Source of the DNA: a virus
Reading direction: 5' to 3' (one strand)
IMG/VR virus record: IMGVR_UViG_3300034272_001701
Location: 32,001-96,000 of that record
Length of the DNA stretch: 64,000 nucleotides
Shown: piece after piece, positions 17,741 through 27,827 of the stretch
Layout: each line of letters opens with the position of its first letter
Numbering within the stretch: the stretch's first letter is position 1
The notes under the pieces: model-generated
Told to the model about the DNA's origin: nothing
Databases searched by the model: none
Seen by the model: only the letters and a program-made list of their open reading frames with translations
Position numbers and translations under genes: made by a program

Positions 17741-18658
17741 ATGGAACAACAATATTTAACAGCATTGCGTGATGTTTTAGAAACAGGGACACGCAGAGAT
17801 GATCGTACGGGCGTGGGTACCATTGCCAAATTTGGTATGCAGCAACGTTACGACCTCGACCAAGGTTTTCCTGCAATAACTACTAAAAAATTAGCATGGA
17901 AAAGCGTAGTCGGCGAACTACTTTGGATGATCGAAGGATCAGGTGATGAGCGTAGACTGGCAGAAATTACACACGGAACCCGAGACGGTACTGTGACTAT
18001 CTGGACTCCTAATGCGCTTGCACCTTACTGGCAACCTCGGGCCAAGTTCGAAGGCGACCTGGGTCGTGTTTACGGAGTACAATGGCGTCATTGGCGTACT
18101 GTTAAACAACGAGAAGCAAACGGTAGTTTCAAAGACAGTTTTGGTAGTACTTATCGTAGAGTAGGTAATAATATAGAAGTAAAAGAAGTTGATCAACTAA
18201 AGTCGCTGATCGAGGGTATAAAAGCAGACCCATACGGACGAAGACATATATTAACAGCGTGGAACCCAGGCGAGTTAGACGTCATGGCCTTGCCCCCGTG
18301 TCATTGCTTTGCACAGTTTTATGTAGCAGATGGTAGACTCAGCTGCCAGATGTATCAAAGAAGTTGCGACATGTTTCTAGGTGTACCGTTCAATGTCGCC
18401 AGCTATAGCCTATTAACGGCTATGATAGCACAAGTGTGCGGTTTAAAAGTCGGCGAGTTCGTTCACGTTCTAGGCGATGCACACATATACCTAGACCATG
18501 TGGAGCAGGTTAATGAACAGTTGACACGTGAACCATTTCCTGCCCCGCAATTGTACCTCAATCCTGAGATTACTGATATTACCAAGTTTACCATGGCAGA
18601 TATTAGATTAGAAAATTATCAAAGCCACGACGCTATTCGAGCAAGGATGGCAGTGTAA
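17741..18658 (+). CDS. thyA: Thymidylate synthase
   Basis: DRTGVGT, ELLW, YGVQWR, MALPPCH, YQRSCDMFLGVPFN and GDAHIY. Confidence 0.97.
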   Translation: MEQQYLTALRDVLETGTRRDDRTGVGTIAKFGMQQRYDLDQGFPAITTKKLAWKSVVGELLWMIEGSGDERRLAEITHGTRDGTVTIWTPNALAPYWQPRAKFEGDLGRVYGVQWRHWRTVKQREANGSFKDSFGSTYRRVGNNIEVKEVDQLKSLIEGIKADPYGRRHILTAWNPGELDVMALPPCHCFAQFYVADGRLSCQMYQRSCDMFLGVPFNVASYSLLTAMIAQVCGLKVGEFVHVLGDAHIYLDHVEQVNEQLTREPFPAPQLYLNPEITDITKFTMADIRLENYQSHDAIRARMAV

Positions 18659-19725
18659 TGAGTGGTAATATTACAATTTACTTAGGTGATGATACTCCAG
18701 CATTTCATACCTATGTAAAAAGAAATGACCCATTAGCACATGAATACAGATTAAACGGAGATAATAATACAATTGTTTGGATCAAAATTGATGATTACAC
18801 TCCAAAAGATCTTAATAAGATTTTTTTAGAAGCAAAACAAGTTATATACTGCCCTCCTGTGAATTGGAAAAACAACGAGCTTGAGTATTATACTAAAGGG
18901 TGGATAGAGTACCTTAGTTCTAGACGATCTGTTAAAACACTCAGAGTAGGAAAATACGGATTGGGTCCAACGGATTACGAATCACAAGATTTTATTATTC
19001 CAAGTTTTTTAAAACCAATTGCCAATCGTTTAACAGACGATAAACAAATTTGGATGGCAGGTTGTAGTTTTACCAACGGTCACGGATTAGATGATAAAAA
19101 TTTACGATTTGGTCAATTGTTTGCCGATAATTTAAATTTACCAGTTTCATTTCTTACAATGAATGGTGCATCAAATCAATGGACCGCTGATCAAATCCTT
19201 AAGGCAGATATACGATCCGGAGATATATTATTTTTTGGTGTCACAGGTACAGCAAGGAGTACCATTTATACTAAAGATCGATTATGGCCTATTACAATCA
19301 ATGAACTAAACAAAAAATTACCTCTTTATCAAAAGTTAATTGTCGACAATAACAAGATTGCTCCAATGCGTCGAATGATCACAGAGGAATTCTTGCTTTC
19401 CGATCACAGTTTTTACGAATCAATCAATCATATTGAACAAGCGTTTAACTATCTTAAAAAATTAAAAGTCAATTTTTTAATTGGTTATTTTGCTGATTTA
19501 GATTTCCCTTATTTAGATCATATGGGTAAAATGATGCATTACATGTTGAGTCATAACGATCCCCGATTGTTTGTAATCAAACCAGAATATCCTTGGAAAG
19601 ATATTATTATTAGAAACCCTCAAGATACAAACAATGATGATGCTCCTGTACATCATCCAGGTCCAAATCAACACAAAATTTACGCAAACGATTTATTATC
19701 TATATATAACGAATTATATCAATGA
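18658..19725 (+). CDS. SGNH-like protein with N-terminal extension
   Basis: Internal WMAGCSFT.G.G, GASN and C-terminal HHPG...H..YA. Confidence 0.6.
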   Translation: MSGNITIYLGDDTPAFHTYVKRNDPLAHEYRLNGDNNTIVWIKIDDYTPKDLNKIFLEAKQVIYCPPVNWKNNELEYYTKGWIEYLSSRRSVKTLRVGKYGLGPTDYESQDFIIPSFLKPIANRLTDDKQIWMAGCSFTNGHGLDDKNLRFGQLFADNLNLPVSFLTMNGASNQWTADQILKADIRSGDILFFGVTGTARSTIYTKDRLWPITINELNKKLPLYQKLIVDNNKIAPMRRMITEEFLLSDHSFYESINHIEQAFNYLKKLKVNFLIGYFADLDFPYLDHMGKMMHYMLSHNDPRLFVIKPEYPWKDIIIRNPQDTNNDDAPVHHPGPNQHKIYANDLLSIYNELYQ

Positions 19726-19952
19726 TATTACACTCGTTTACAATGGGCGATGTTGAAGATCCTTATCTGTATGCTGCTTTTCCTATTAGTGATTGGCAAC
19801 AGACCGAACACGGCAAATGGATAATGTCAAATGTAATTGGTGAACCTACATTTCATATCACGCCTGATCCAAATACATTTGGATACCGTGTGGTAATAAC
19901 AGGCGATCTTACACCCGAAGCAGCAACATTCTTTACATTAAAATATCGATGA
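19722..19952 (+). CDS. Hypothetical protein
   Basis: F.MGDVEDPYLYAA.PI..W...AATFFTLKY. Confidence 0.7.
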   Translation: MILHSFTMGDVEDPYLYAAFPISDWQQTEHGKWIMSNVIGEPTFHITPDPNTFGYRVVITGDLTPEAATFFTLKYR

Positions 19953-20917
19953 GAGCATTAATCACTGGCGCAGCTGGATTTATTGGACACAATGTTGTTT
20001 ACTATCTTGAAAAGCAAGGAGTAGAATGTTTTGGTGTTGACAATAGAACCAACTATGGTTTTATTCCAGCCGACGAGTTAGACTACTTGATACGAGGTAG
20101 ATTACGAAAAATAAGATCATCTCCTTTGGTTGGCGATATAAGAAACACCGAAGACATGCGTAGTCGAGTTGGTACTTTTAGTTGTGATACTATTATTCAT
20201 TTAGCTAGTTTTCCTAGACAGAAAGTTGTTCAGCAGTCACCGGTAGTAGCAAGCGAAGTGATGATTACTGGTTTAATAAATTTATTAGAAGCGGCTGTAG
20301 TACACAAAGTAAAAAAATTTGTATACATAAGTTCTAGCATGGTATATGGAAATTTTGAATCTGGTGTCAATGAATCAGCTGTTTGCTGTCCCCAAGGTCA
20401 ATACGGAATCATGAAATATATGGGCGAGAAGCTTGTTGAGGATTATTGTACAAGACACGCAATACCGTATATAATTATTAGACCAAGTGCAGTATACGGT
20501 GAATGGGACGTCGAGGATCGTGTAGTGAGTAAATTTGCATTAGCAGCATTGCGTGATCAAGAACTAACTGTGCGAGGCGCTAATGAACGTCTTGATTTTA
20601 CACATGTTGACGATACTGCTCAAGGAATTGTTGCAGGTATTTTAAGTAAAAATACAGCCAATAAAATATATAATATCACACGCAGTGATTCAAACACATT
20701 AACTCTATTACAAGCAGCAGAGTTGATAACTGAAATTGTAGGTAAAGGTTCTATCAAGGTAGCAGATAGAGATTTAAACTTTCCAAGTCGCGGTAGATTG
20801 AGTATAGATCGAGCACAACAGGATTTTAATTTTGATCCAAAAATAAATGTAAAAGAAGGATTTGAGCGTTATATTGATTGGTTAAAATCTTCAACCTATT
20901 GGCAGAGTCGACTATGA
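19949..20917 (+). CDS. NAD-dependent nucleotide-sugar epimerase/dehydratase
   Basis: ITGAAGFIG, HLAS, SSSMVYG, YxxxK (YGIMK) and DFTHVDD. Confidence 0.9.
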   Translation: MRALITGAAGFIGHNVVYYLEKQGVECFGVDNRTNYGFIPADELDYLIRGRLRKIRSSPLVGDIRNTEDMRSRVGTFSCDTIIHLASFPRQKVVQQSPVVASEVMITGLINLLEAAVVHKVKKFVYISSSMVYGNFESGVNESAVCCPQGQYGIMKYMGEKLVEDYCTRHAIPYIIIRPSAVYGEWDVEDRVVSKFALAALRDQELTVRGANERLDFTHVDDTAQGIVAGILSKNTANKIYNITRSDSNTLTLLQAAELITEIVGKGSIKVADRDLNFPSRGRLSIDRAQQDFNFDPKINVKEGFERYIDWLKSSTYWQSRL

Positions 20918-22014
20918 ATGTGGTTCCGTTTTTTGGGGTAGATAGACAATATAAAAATCTACGCGAAGAAATTCTTGACATCACTGATAGAGTGTACTCT
21001 ACCGGTCGAGTACTAGATGGAAACTATACTCAAGAATTTGAATTGCGAATCGCGAGACGCTGTAATAGAGCGTATGCATTGGCAGTGAACTCAGGCACCC
21101 AAGGCCTAATATTTGCACAACAGGCTGTGTTAACGAAACCACCGTACGCTGTTTTAATCCCCACTGTTAGTTTTGTAGCTACTATTAATAGTGTTCTAAT
21201 GAACGGATTTATTCCGGTATTTTGTGATGTAGATTTTAAAGGAATTTTAGATTTAGATTCTTATCAATACAAATTAGATGCCAGTGTAGGTGCAATCATG
21301 TATGCGAATCTATTCGGTAATTGCATCGATTGGAATAGATTTAGAATGCAAACAGAATTCTTCAACGACGATTTGGCTGTAATCGAAGATGCCGCACAAA
21401 GTTTTGGTGCAAGTTATCGAGGTATACCTAGTGGCAAGATGGGAGATATCAGTGTATTAAGTTTTGATCCAACCAAGAACTTGAACAACTACGGGTCAGG
21501 CGGAATGATCTTGACTGACAATCTTGATTACTATAACACTTGCTTGGCATTAAGAGACAATGGCAAAGCCATCCATGACATACCAGGCACTAACAGTAAA
21601 ATGAGCGAAGCTGACTGCGCTCAAATGTTAGTCAAACTCAATCACTTTGATGCTTGGCAAGATCGTAGACGAAAGATCGCCGAATACTATATTGATCAAC
21701 TATATCAATACGTTGATATTCTTACGCCAAATGAAGGTGTAGAACATGCTTGGCACAAGTTTGTGATTAGAACCAATCATAGAAACAGTTTGATGCAGAG
21801 ACTAAGCTTGGATGGCATAGAAACCAAGATACATTACGAAAATGCCTTGTACGACCTGGGTGTGGGATTTAACTATGTTGACTACAGCAGAGATCTATAT
21901 ACAGAAACTAGTGCATTTACTAGAGAGTGTTTGAGCTTGCCTATATATCCTGAATTGTCAGATGCCGAAGTTGAAACAGTTGCTGACAGTATCAAACGTT
22001 ATATAGAGTCCTAA
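20914..22014 (+). CDS. DegT/DnrJ/EryC1/StrS family PLP-dependent sugar aminotransferase
   Basis: Likely start ATG 20914; NSGT, IEDAAQSFGA, SFDPTKNL (PLP Lys) and LSLPIYPEL. Confidence 0.9.
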   Translation: MNVVPFFGVDRQYKNLREEILDITDRVYSTGRVLDGNYTQEFELRIARRCNRAYALAVNSGTQGLIFAQQAVLTKPPYAVLIPTVSFVATINSVLMNGFIPVFCDVDFKGILDLDSYQYKLDASVGAIMYANLFGNCIDWNRFRMQTEFFNDDLAVIEDAAQSFGASYRGIPSGKMGDISVLSFDPTKNLNNYGSGGMILTDNLDYYNTCLALRDNGKAIHDIPGTNSKMSEADCAQMLVKLNHFDAWQDRRRKIAEYYIDQLYQYVDILTPNEGVEHAWHKFVIRTNHRNSLMQRLSLDGIETKIHYENALYDLGVGFNYVDYSRDLYTETSAFTRECLSLPIYPELSDAEVETVADSIKRYIES

Positions 22015-23848
22015 ATCTATCAGCCAGCCAAGGCCAATCAAAACTAAGCATTAGTCGATCGTATTCTCCCGCAACTTCCGTGTAGTAATCAACTGCGTCT
22101 TGCGCTCCACGCAAACACCATTCAGCATAATCTCCATTGGCTGTTGTAAGCCATGTGTTGAGTCTATGTTCGGTCTCTAGTGTAGGTGACTGATCCATAA
22201 ACAATTTTAATTTTAATACTTCTCTAAATGCTGTACGCCAAGTGGTCCACGGATCTTGGTTGAAGTATGCAATGGCACTTAGTTCAGGAACCACAGTGTG
22301 TTTTTGACTTAGTGTAAAGTCTAGTCCAGACTCAATGGTTTCTAATACCAATCGTTTGTTGTAAGCAATTACACCCATGTGTCCGTACTCTAAACCGTTA
22401 AGACAATTGCGACTATGGAATATGTAATGCTTGGCTTCTTGCCAGTAGTCCGGTTGCCAAGTAAAATCAAAACTTCCCATAACTTCTAATTTAGCAAACA
22501 CAGCAAAGAACCACGCCGACTCACTTGCTTGTGCAGCAGCATGGTACGCAGCAACTCGTCCATTGACATTTTTTACTCTGTGAACCTTTTGATGTCCATG
22601 TGGTATCTGTGCATCTACCACTGTTACCAAATGATTGTACCAGCGTTCTGCATCAGGCTCTCCGTTGCTAATATACACAATATTCAGTGGTCGATCTGTA
22701 TAATATGCGTCTTTTCTTGTTAAAACATACGGATAATCGTACAATTGTGTCTTGATATGTGCTCGAGCTTCTCTAGGTACTAGACTCATGCTACCTGACT
22801 GATTCAATGGCTCTGCAATTCTATCTTTTGGATGCCATATACACGGTGGTGTAAAAACTGGGTAAAGTGGAAATTCTGTTGTCTTGAAAATGGTATAAGG
22901 AAATTGAAAGTCATGATTGGTAATTGGTTCAACAATACTATCACCATTGTATTGAACAATCGGAACATCCACCGGCACTATTTGAGTGTTACAATAATGT
23001 ATAACATTAAACCAATCAAGCAATTCCAACTCATACAGTTGTGTTCTCAAAGAAGGAACGTGTATATAAAAGGTATCTCCTCGTCGTTGTGCATATTGCC
23101 CACTATGCGAATACGTAGGAAATACGTGAATCATTTCTTGTTGTTCGGGTGCAGGGTGCCAAGTAAAATCAAAATCTGCGTACATACAAAAACTACTAAT
23201 GATCCAAACATACTCTGTGGTTGCCAAGTTTGCAATTCGCTTAAACACATTTAGATGGCTATCAACATAACGAGTAGATTTTGAGTCCGGATATTGTTTT
23301 TTTATTTTAGCAAATTGTTCTTGGCTTCCTTTGTTGAGGAAATCCATATAGAAGATTTGTGTGGCACCTGATTGAATATGCTGACTACTAACAAATTTTA
23401 CGCCAGCAGTTCCTCGATATATTGGACCCCCATCACGCTGCCATTGTGTAGGAAAATGATATTCATAGTCTGGCTCTAGTTCATCTGGATGCCAACTATA
23501 GTCAAAATCTTCGTCATTGATATTAGCGGGTATGATCCATTTTGTTTTATCTGCCAGTCTTGTAGCTTTTTGTTCGTTTCTAAAATGCCATTCTTTATTA
23601 TGTGTTGTATCTTTATTCGCTAGATATGCGCCGCCTGTGCGCTGCCATTGTGTACCAAAGCAGTGTATTTGATTAGATTCCCAAGGAGCCGGGCGCCATG
23701 AAAAATCAAAATCAGCGTAATCGTTATCTCCATAAATATACCAGTAGTGTCCGGTTCTACTTTTCTCAGCTGCATCTTCTAACGAGTCAGCAGGCTGCTC
23801 ATGTGCAAATCTATTAGGTTTAGCTCCATAATAAAAAACGTCAAACAT
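21992..23848 (-). CDS. Multi-repeat glycosyltransferase-like protein
   Basis: Four (D/S)FD(F/Y)(S/T)W.P repeats; last domain is homologous to 38665..39603 (RV..V.G..AA..AAA..S and WR..FRE..K). Confidence 0.6.
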   Translation of the reverse strand: MFDVFYYGAKPNRFAHEQPADSLEDAAEKSRTGHYWYIYGDNDYADFDFSWRPAPWESNQIHCFGTQWQRTGGAYLANKDTTHNKEWHFRNEQKATRLADKTKWIIPANINDEDFDYSWHPDELEPDYEYHFPTQWQRDGGPIYRGTAGVKFVSSQHIQSGATQIFYMDFLNKGSQEQFAKIKKQYPDSKSTRYVDSHLNVFKRIANLATTEYVWIISSFCMYADFDFTWHPAPEQQEMIHVFPTYSHSGQYAQRRGDTFYIHVPSLRTQLYELELLDWFNVIHYCNTQIVPVDVPIVQYNGDSIVEPITNHDFQFPYTIFKTTEFPLYPVFTPPCIWHPKDRIAEPLNQSGSMSLVPREARAHIKTQLYDYPYVLTRKDAYYTDRPLNIVYISNGEPDAERWYNHLVTVVDAQIPHGHQKVHRVKNVNGRVAAYHAAAQASESAWFFAVFAKLEVMGSFDFTWQPDYWQEAKHYIFHSRNCLNGLEYGHMGVIAYNKRLVLETIESGLDFTLSQKHTVVPELSAIAYFNQDPWTTWRTAFREVLKLKLFMDQSPTLETEHRLNTWLTTANGDYAEWCLRGAQDAVDYYTEVAGEYDRLMLSFDWPWLADRFRTLYNV

Positions 23849-24986
23849 GTATAATATTCACAGTCATTATGAAAATTTGTTGTCCTATCTAAACACTATT
23901 ATAGCACAACCCACAGTAATATATTTTCATCCTTTTGGATCAACTCAACCAGAAAATATAGAATCTTTACAAAACGGAGGATTTGGTCCATTAGTTATTG
24001 CATACGATCAAGAACCTCTGTATTCTTTTTATAATACGCCGGTCTTTCAATACATTATTAAAAACTTTAAGAACGACGAAGGGTTTACTCGTCCTATTAT
24101 ATTACTTAACACAGAAAAAGAAAGTGTCGAAAAAACTAAAATACTTAATCAATTTAATTTTAAAGATGCCAATTATTTCTTCCACGGGCTGGCTGCTGCT
24201 GATTGGTACAGAGGATATCAATATTGTACAAATTTAATTCCGCCATCTAAAAGAACCATAAACAAAAAATATATAACCTTCAATCGTATAACTGGAAATT
24301 CTAGAGTGTACAGAAGTTTTCTAATAGGTGAATTAGCGCAACGAAATTTATTAGGGCAAGGGCATGTAAGTTATAGTGAAGTTTGTCCAGTTCACGGTCG
24401 TTATGAAAAAAATATTTTAGAAACTATAAGCAAATATAATATACCGTCTGATTATGTTTTAAAAATTAAGTCCTATTTAGATGAGATCAAAGGTCCTTTA
24501 AGAATTGATTGTGAGGGTAATATACCAAACGGAAGTCAAACCATTGGACCTATTTCTGCTATTATAGAAAGCTTTTTGCATGTTGTTACAGAAACATGCT
24601 TCTGGGATCAGCGTACTCATCTTACTGAAAAAATATTTAAGCCTATTGTAGCAAAACAACCTTTTGTACTTTTAGGTTGTGTTGGTAATTTAAAATATTT
24701 AAAAAGCTACGGATTTAAAACGTTTGATGCTTGGTGGGACGAAGGTTATGATGACATTGCTGATCCCATTGAACGAATACAAGCTGTAGTAAAAATAATC
24801 GAAGAAATCTGCAACACGTCGGACCAGGATCTTGAAAACATGTTGCGAGGAATGAATCATATACTTGAATACAATTATGAACTTTTTTACAGTAAAGAGT
24901 TTGTTAACAGTATTTGGAACGAAATGACTTCTAGTCTGAAATCGTCAATTGCTCAACATTTACCCCAGACTTTAAAAGAAAATTGA
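23847..24986 (+). CDS. Putative glycosyltransferase-like protein (TEK..KP family)
   Basis: HVVTETCF...HLTEKIFKPI...PFVLLG....L.YLKSYGFKTF..WWDE.YD, reminiscent of the GT10 EK motif. Confidence 0.55.
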   Translation: MYNIHSHYENLLSYLNTIIAQPTVIYFHPFGSTQPENIESLQNGGFGPLVIAYDQEPLYSFYNTPVFQYIIKNFKNDEGFTRPIILLNTEKESVEKTKILNQFNFKDANYFFHGLAAADWYRGYQYCTNLIPPSKRTINKKYITFNRITGNSRVYRSFLIGELAQRNLLGQGHVSYSEVCPVHGRYEKNILETISKYNIPSDYVLKIKSYLDEIKGPLRIDCEGNIPNGSQTIGPISAIIESFLHVVTETCFWDQRTHLTEKIFKPIVAKQPFVLLGCVGNLKYLKSYGFKTFDAWWDEGYDDIADPIERIQAVVKIIEEICNTSDQDLENMLRGMNHILEYNYELFYSKEFVNSIWNEMTSSLKSSIAQHLPQTLKEN

Positions 24987-25392
24987 TACCTGCACTATCT
25001 CTATAATCTTTTTTGTAGTACACTGAATGAATGCCACTTTGATAAATGAGTTTGGCACAATCTAAACAGGGTGCGTGAGTAATAAATATGTCCGCACCGA
25101 GCCCACTTTCATTTGACCTAGCAAGCTTTGCTATTGCATTTGTTTCTGCATGTAGTACTTCAGGTTTGGTTTTCAATGAAGTGGTGTCATCTGAATGTTG
25201 CACAACATCTTCACAGTTGTTATCCCAACCAGCCGGCATGCCATTATAGCCAATACTAATGATTCTATCATCTTTAACTACAATAGCACCTACATGTAAT
25301 CTACGTGCATGACTAAGTTCTGCAAATGTTTCCGCAGTTTTCATATAAGCACGTTTAAACTTTTCTTTCATATTTGTTTTTAATTTGTTCAT
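24931..25392 (-). CDS. dCMP deaminase
   Basis: VGAIVV, GYNG.PAG, HAETNAI and PCLDC zinc motifs. Start may be 25371 (MKEKF). Confidence 0.92.
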   Translation of the reverse strand: MNKLKTNMKEKFKRAYMKTAETFAELSHARRLHVGAIVVKDDRIISIGYNGMPAGWDNNCEDVVQHSDDTTSLKTKPEVLHAETNAIAKLARSNESGLGADIFITHAPCLDCAKLIYQSGIHSVYYKKDYRDSAGINFLLKSGVNVEQLTISD

Positions 25393-25795
25393 ATATTATT
25401 TTTGCCCATTTTTCTGCATCTTGTTTGTCAACTTTTATATCGTACTTTTCCGGTGATACAAATATTTGATTGGTATCTGTATACCTGCTTTCATCTATGG
25501 TATCTACCCAAATAACAAAATTAGCATCAAAATTATCTCTCATGACTGGTAGTGGACAAACAAAATCGCATATCACACAATCACTATTCATTTTGTCTGC
25601 CAGTTCTCGCATTCTAACGCTTTGTCTAATACGTCCTTCGACGCTAAAGTCCCAATCATCGTATGCTTGTCTGACTAGGTCTGCGTTAAACCATTCTACA
25701 GTTTTGTTGTCGTCCTGTATTAAATTGCGTAATGCTTCGGCCAATGTAGTTTTACCAGCACCGGGTAGGCCCATGATCAAGATCTTGATTTTCAT
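25355..25795 (-). CDS. cysC: Adenylyl-sulfate kinase-like P-loop kinase
   Basis: MGLPGAGKTTLA, NAD.VR, DFS.EGR.RQ and ICDFVCP....R. Shorter than cellular CysC. Confidence 0.65.
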   Translation of the reverse strand: MKIKILIMGLPGAGKTTLAEALRNLIQDDNKTVEWFNADLVRQAYDDWDFSVEGRIRQSVRMRELADKMNSDCVICDFVCPLPVMRDNFDANFVIWVDTIDESRYTDTNQIFVSPEKYDIKVDKQDAEKWAKIIYEQIKNKYERKV

Positions 25796-26349
25796 ATTTT
25801 GTCAAACCATAACATTATGCTACACCTTGCTAAATCGTCTGGTATATCATGTTCTCTACCATGCATTACAGTGTATCCTTTATCAAAGAACCATCCATAA
25901 TTATCTCTAAATGGCAATTGAAATAAAATTTCTTTGTTATCGTTATAAATTGTAGTACCAATAAATGGATACTCTTTGTCTGAAATATAAATTTGAGCTA
26001 GGTATACACTTCCTTCGTTCTCATAGTGCGGCGCTAGTGTACCAAATCCAGCAAAATCAATCCACAAATCAATTCCGGTATTTTGTACCTTGATTCCTAA
26101 TAGGTGTTCAAGCTGTGTTAGTAAACTAGAAGAAATTACAAAATTTTTTAATGCATTGTACTTTTCGCTTTGTCCTTGATAAACATATCGTGGTCGCCCT
26201 TGTGCCCACTCAGGTATTTTCCAATCTACACTATCTGTTGTAAATTCATTGAATAATTTTTTAATTTTTTCGTGTATATCTTCGGGCAAAAATTCTTCAA
26301 TTAAAAAAACTTTTGACCCAGTTGCTATGTTTACTGTATTAACAATCAT
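25792..26349 (-). CDS. 2OG-Fe(II) oxygenase superfamily protein
   Basis: LWID..G...LAPHYE (HxE), GTTIY, distal MHG and R.S. Confidence 0.65.
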   Translation of the reverse strand: MIVNTVNIATGSKVFLIEEFLPEDIHEKIKKLFNEFTTDSVDWKIPEWAQGRPRYVYQGQSEKYNALKNFVISSSLLTQLEHLLGIKVQNTGIDLWIDFAGFGTLAPHYENEGSVYLAQIYISDKEYPFIGTTIYNDNKEILFQLPFRDNYGWFFDKGYTVMHGREHDIPDDLARCSIMLWFDKI

Positions 26350-27827
26350 GAGTGTACCTTTACACCATATCTTTGTTCAAATCTGTCTGCATCTGCACGA
26401 TTGTTTACCATGGGTTCACCTTTGATATTTAAACTGGTATTGAGCAACATAGGGCAGTCCGTTAATACAAACCATTTCTCTAATAGTTCCCTAATACCCG
26501 AACCATCTCGCGGAACTGTTTGTACTCTACTGGTGCCATCAACATGACAGATAGCAGGAAACAAATCAGGACGCCGACAACAAGCGACTGACTGCATATA
26601 ACGGCTATTAGTCCACCCAGGGCGGAAATCAAAGTACTCAGCAGCCATCTCTTCCAGTACAACAGGGGCAAAGGGTCTAAATTGTTGTCGTTGTTTAATT
26701 GCATTCACCTGATCCTTTATATTTGCGCCACGTGGGTCTGCTAACAAACTTCTATTTCCTAGTGCCCTTGGTCCAAATTCAGCGCGGCCGCTAGCAACGC
26801 CAACAATACCATCAGACAGTAAACCGTCCAATAAGGCGTTAACTGGATATGCACCAGGTATAAGGTGCCCAAGGTAAGCATCCACCCAACGAAGGCGACC
26901 ACCATACGCAAGGGCTGCTGCGCCAAGACTCGAACCAGCGTCGCCCGGATTTGGCATGATCCAAATGTTATCAAAGTATTCTCCTAGGTTTCTATTTGCT
27001 AGACAGTTTAATGCAACACCGCCCATGTAAACAAGATTAGTACTCCACTTAAAGTCTCTTGCTCTACGCATTACGTTGTAGATTAAATTTTCTGCCACTT
27101 GTTGTGCAGCAGTGGCCGTGTCGGCATCTTGGACTTTGTAGATACCAGTATGCCAACCAGTGTGCAAATTTTCTTTAAAAGTTATTTTCCATTCATTGCT
27201 AACCAAATCGTGCTTTAAATGTTCCTTATAACCGTGGTCGCGACCATAAGCTGCCATGCCCATTAAGATATATTCATCTTCGTTGGGTTTGAGACCTACT
27301 TTTTGTGTCATGGCACTATAAAATAATCCTATGCTGTGGGGATATCGTTGAGTCCATAGTCGCTTGTATTGTGCTCGGCCACGACTATCGTATTTGGCAC
27401 CCCATATGCTGATAGTATCCCATTCACCAATGGCATCAATAACTACTACCGTGGCTCTATCATAAGGACTGGTTTGAAATCCTGCTGCTGCATGACTCTG
27501 GTGATGACTGTGTGTGCTATAACTGGGTATGTGTGCGTATCCACCAAATTGTTCTGTCAAAATCTTTTGAGTGGATAACTTGTTCCACTCAACGCCTTCA
27601 CCACTGTACAGTCTGCGTAGTTGTTTCTTCCATGGTGTTTCGTAATAAGCAACATGATGTACAGGTGAATAATTCATTACATCATCCATTAACGCACGAC
27701 AGATATTGGCGTCGTTCTTTATTCCGCTATAGCGTTCGCTATGAGCAGCAAACAAGATATCGCCTTGTGTATTAATTACCGTGGCAGCGGCATCATGAAA
27801 TCCAGCCGATATTCCTAATATATTCAT
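26346..27827 (-). CDS. Carbamoyltransferase (NodU/CmcH family)
   Basis: Likely start ATG 27827 (MNILGISAGFHDAAA); HHQSHAA, DAIGE, GGVALNC, GDAGSSLG, EFGPRALGNRS, FRPFAP and LNTSLN. Confidence 0.93.
   Translation of the reverse strand: MNILGISAGFHDAAATVINTQGDILFAAHSERYSGIKNDANICRALMDDVMNYSPVHHVAYYETPWKKQLRRLYSGEGVEWNKLSTQKILTEQFGGYAHIPSYSTHSHHQSHAAAGFQTSPYDRATVVVIDAIGEWDTISIWGAKYDSRGRAQYKRLWTQRYPHSIGLFYSAMTQKVGLKPNEDEYILMGMAAYGRDHGYKEHLKHDLVSNEWKITFKENLHTGWHTGIYKVQDADTATAAQQVAENLIYNVMRRARDFKWSTNLVYMGGVALNCLANRNLGEYFDNIWIMPNPGDAGSSLGAAALAYGGRLRWVDAYLGHLIPGAYPVNALLDGLLSDGIVGVASGRAEFGPRALGNRSLLADPRGANIKDQVNAIKQRQQFRPFAPVVLEEMAAEYFDFRPGWTNSRYMQSVACCRRPDLFPAICHVDGTSRVQTVPRDGSGIRELLEKWFVLTDCPMLLNTSLNIKGEPMVNNRADADRFEQRYGVKVHS

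Noticed and set aside
18095-18190. Intron or intein in thyA
   Set aside because: The extra segment after YGVQWR is short, in frame and lacks splicing motifs; it is a variable loop.
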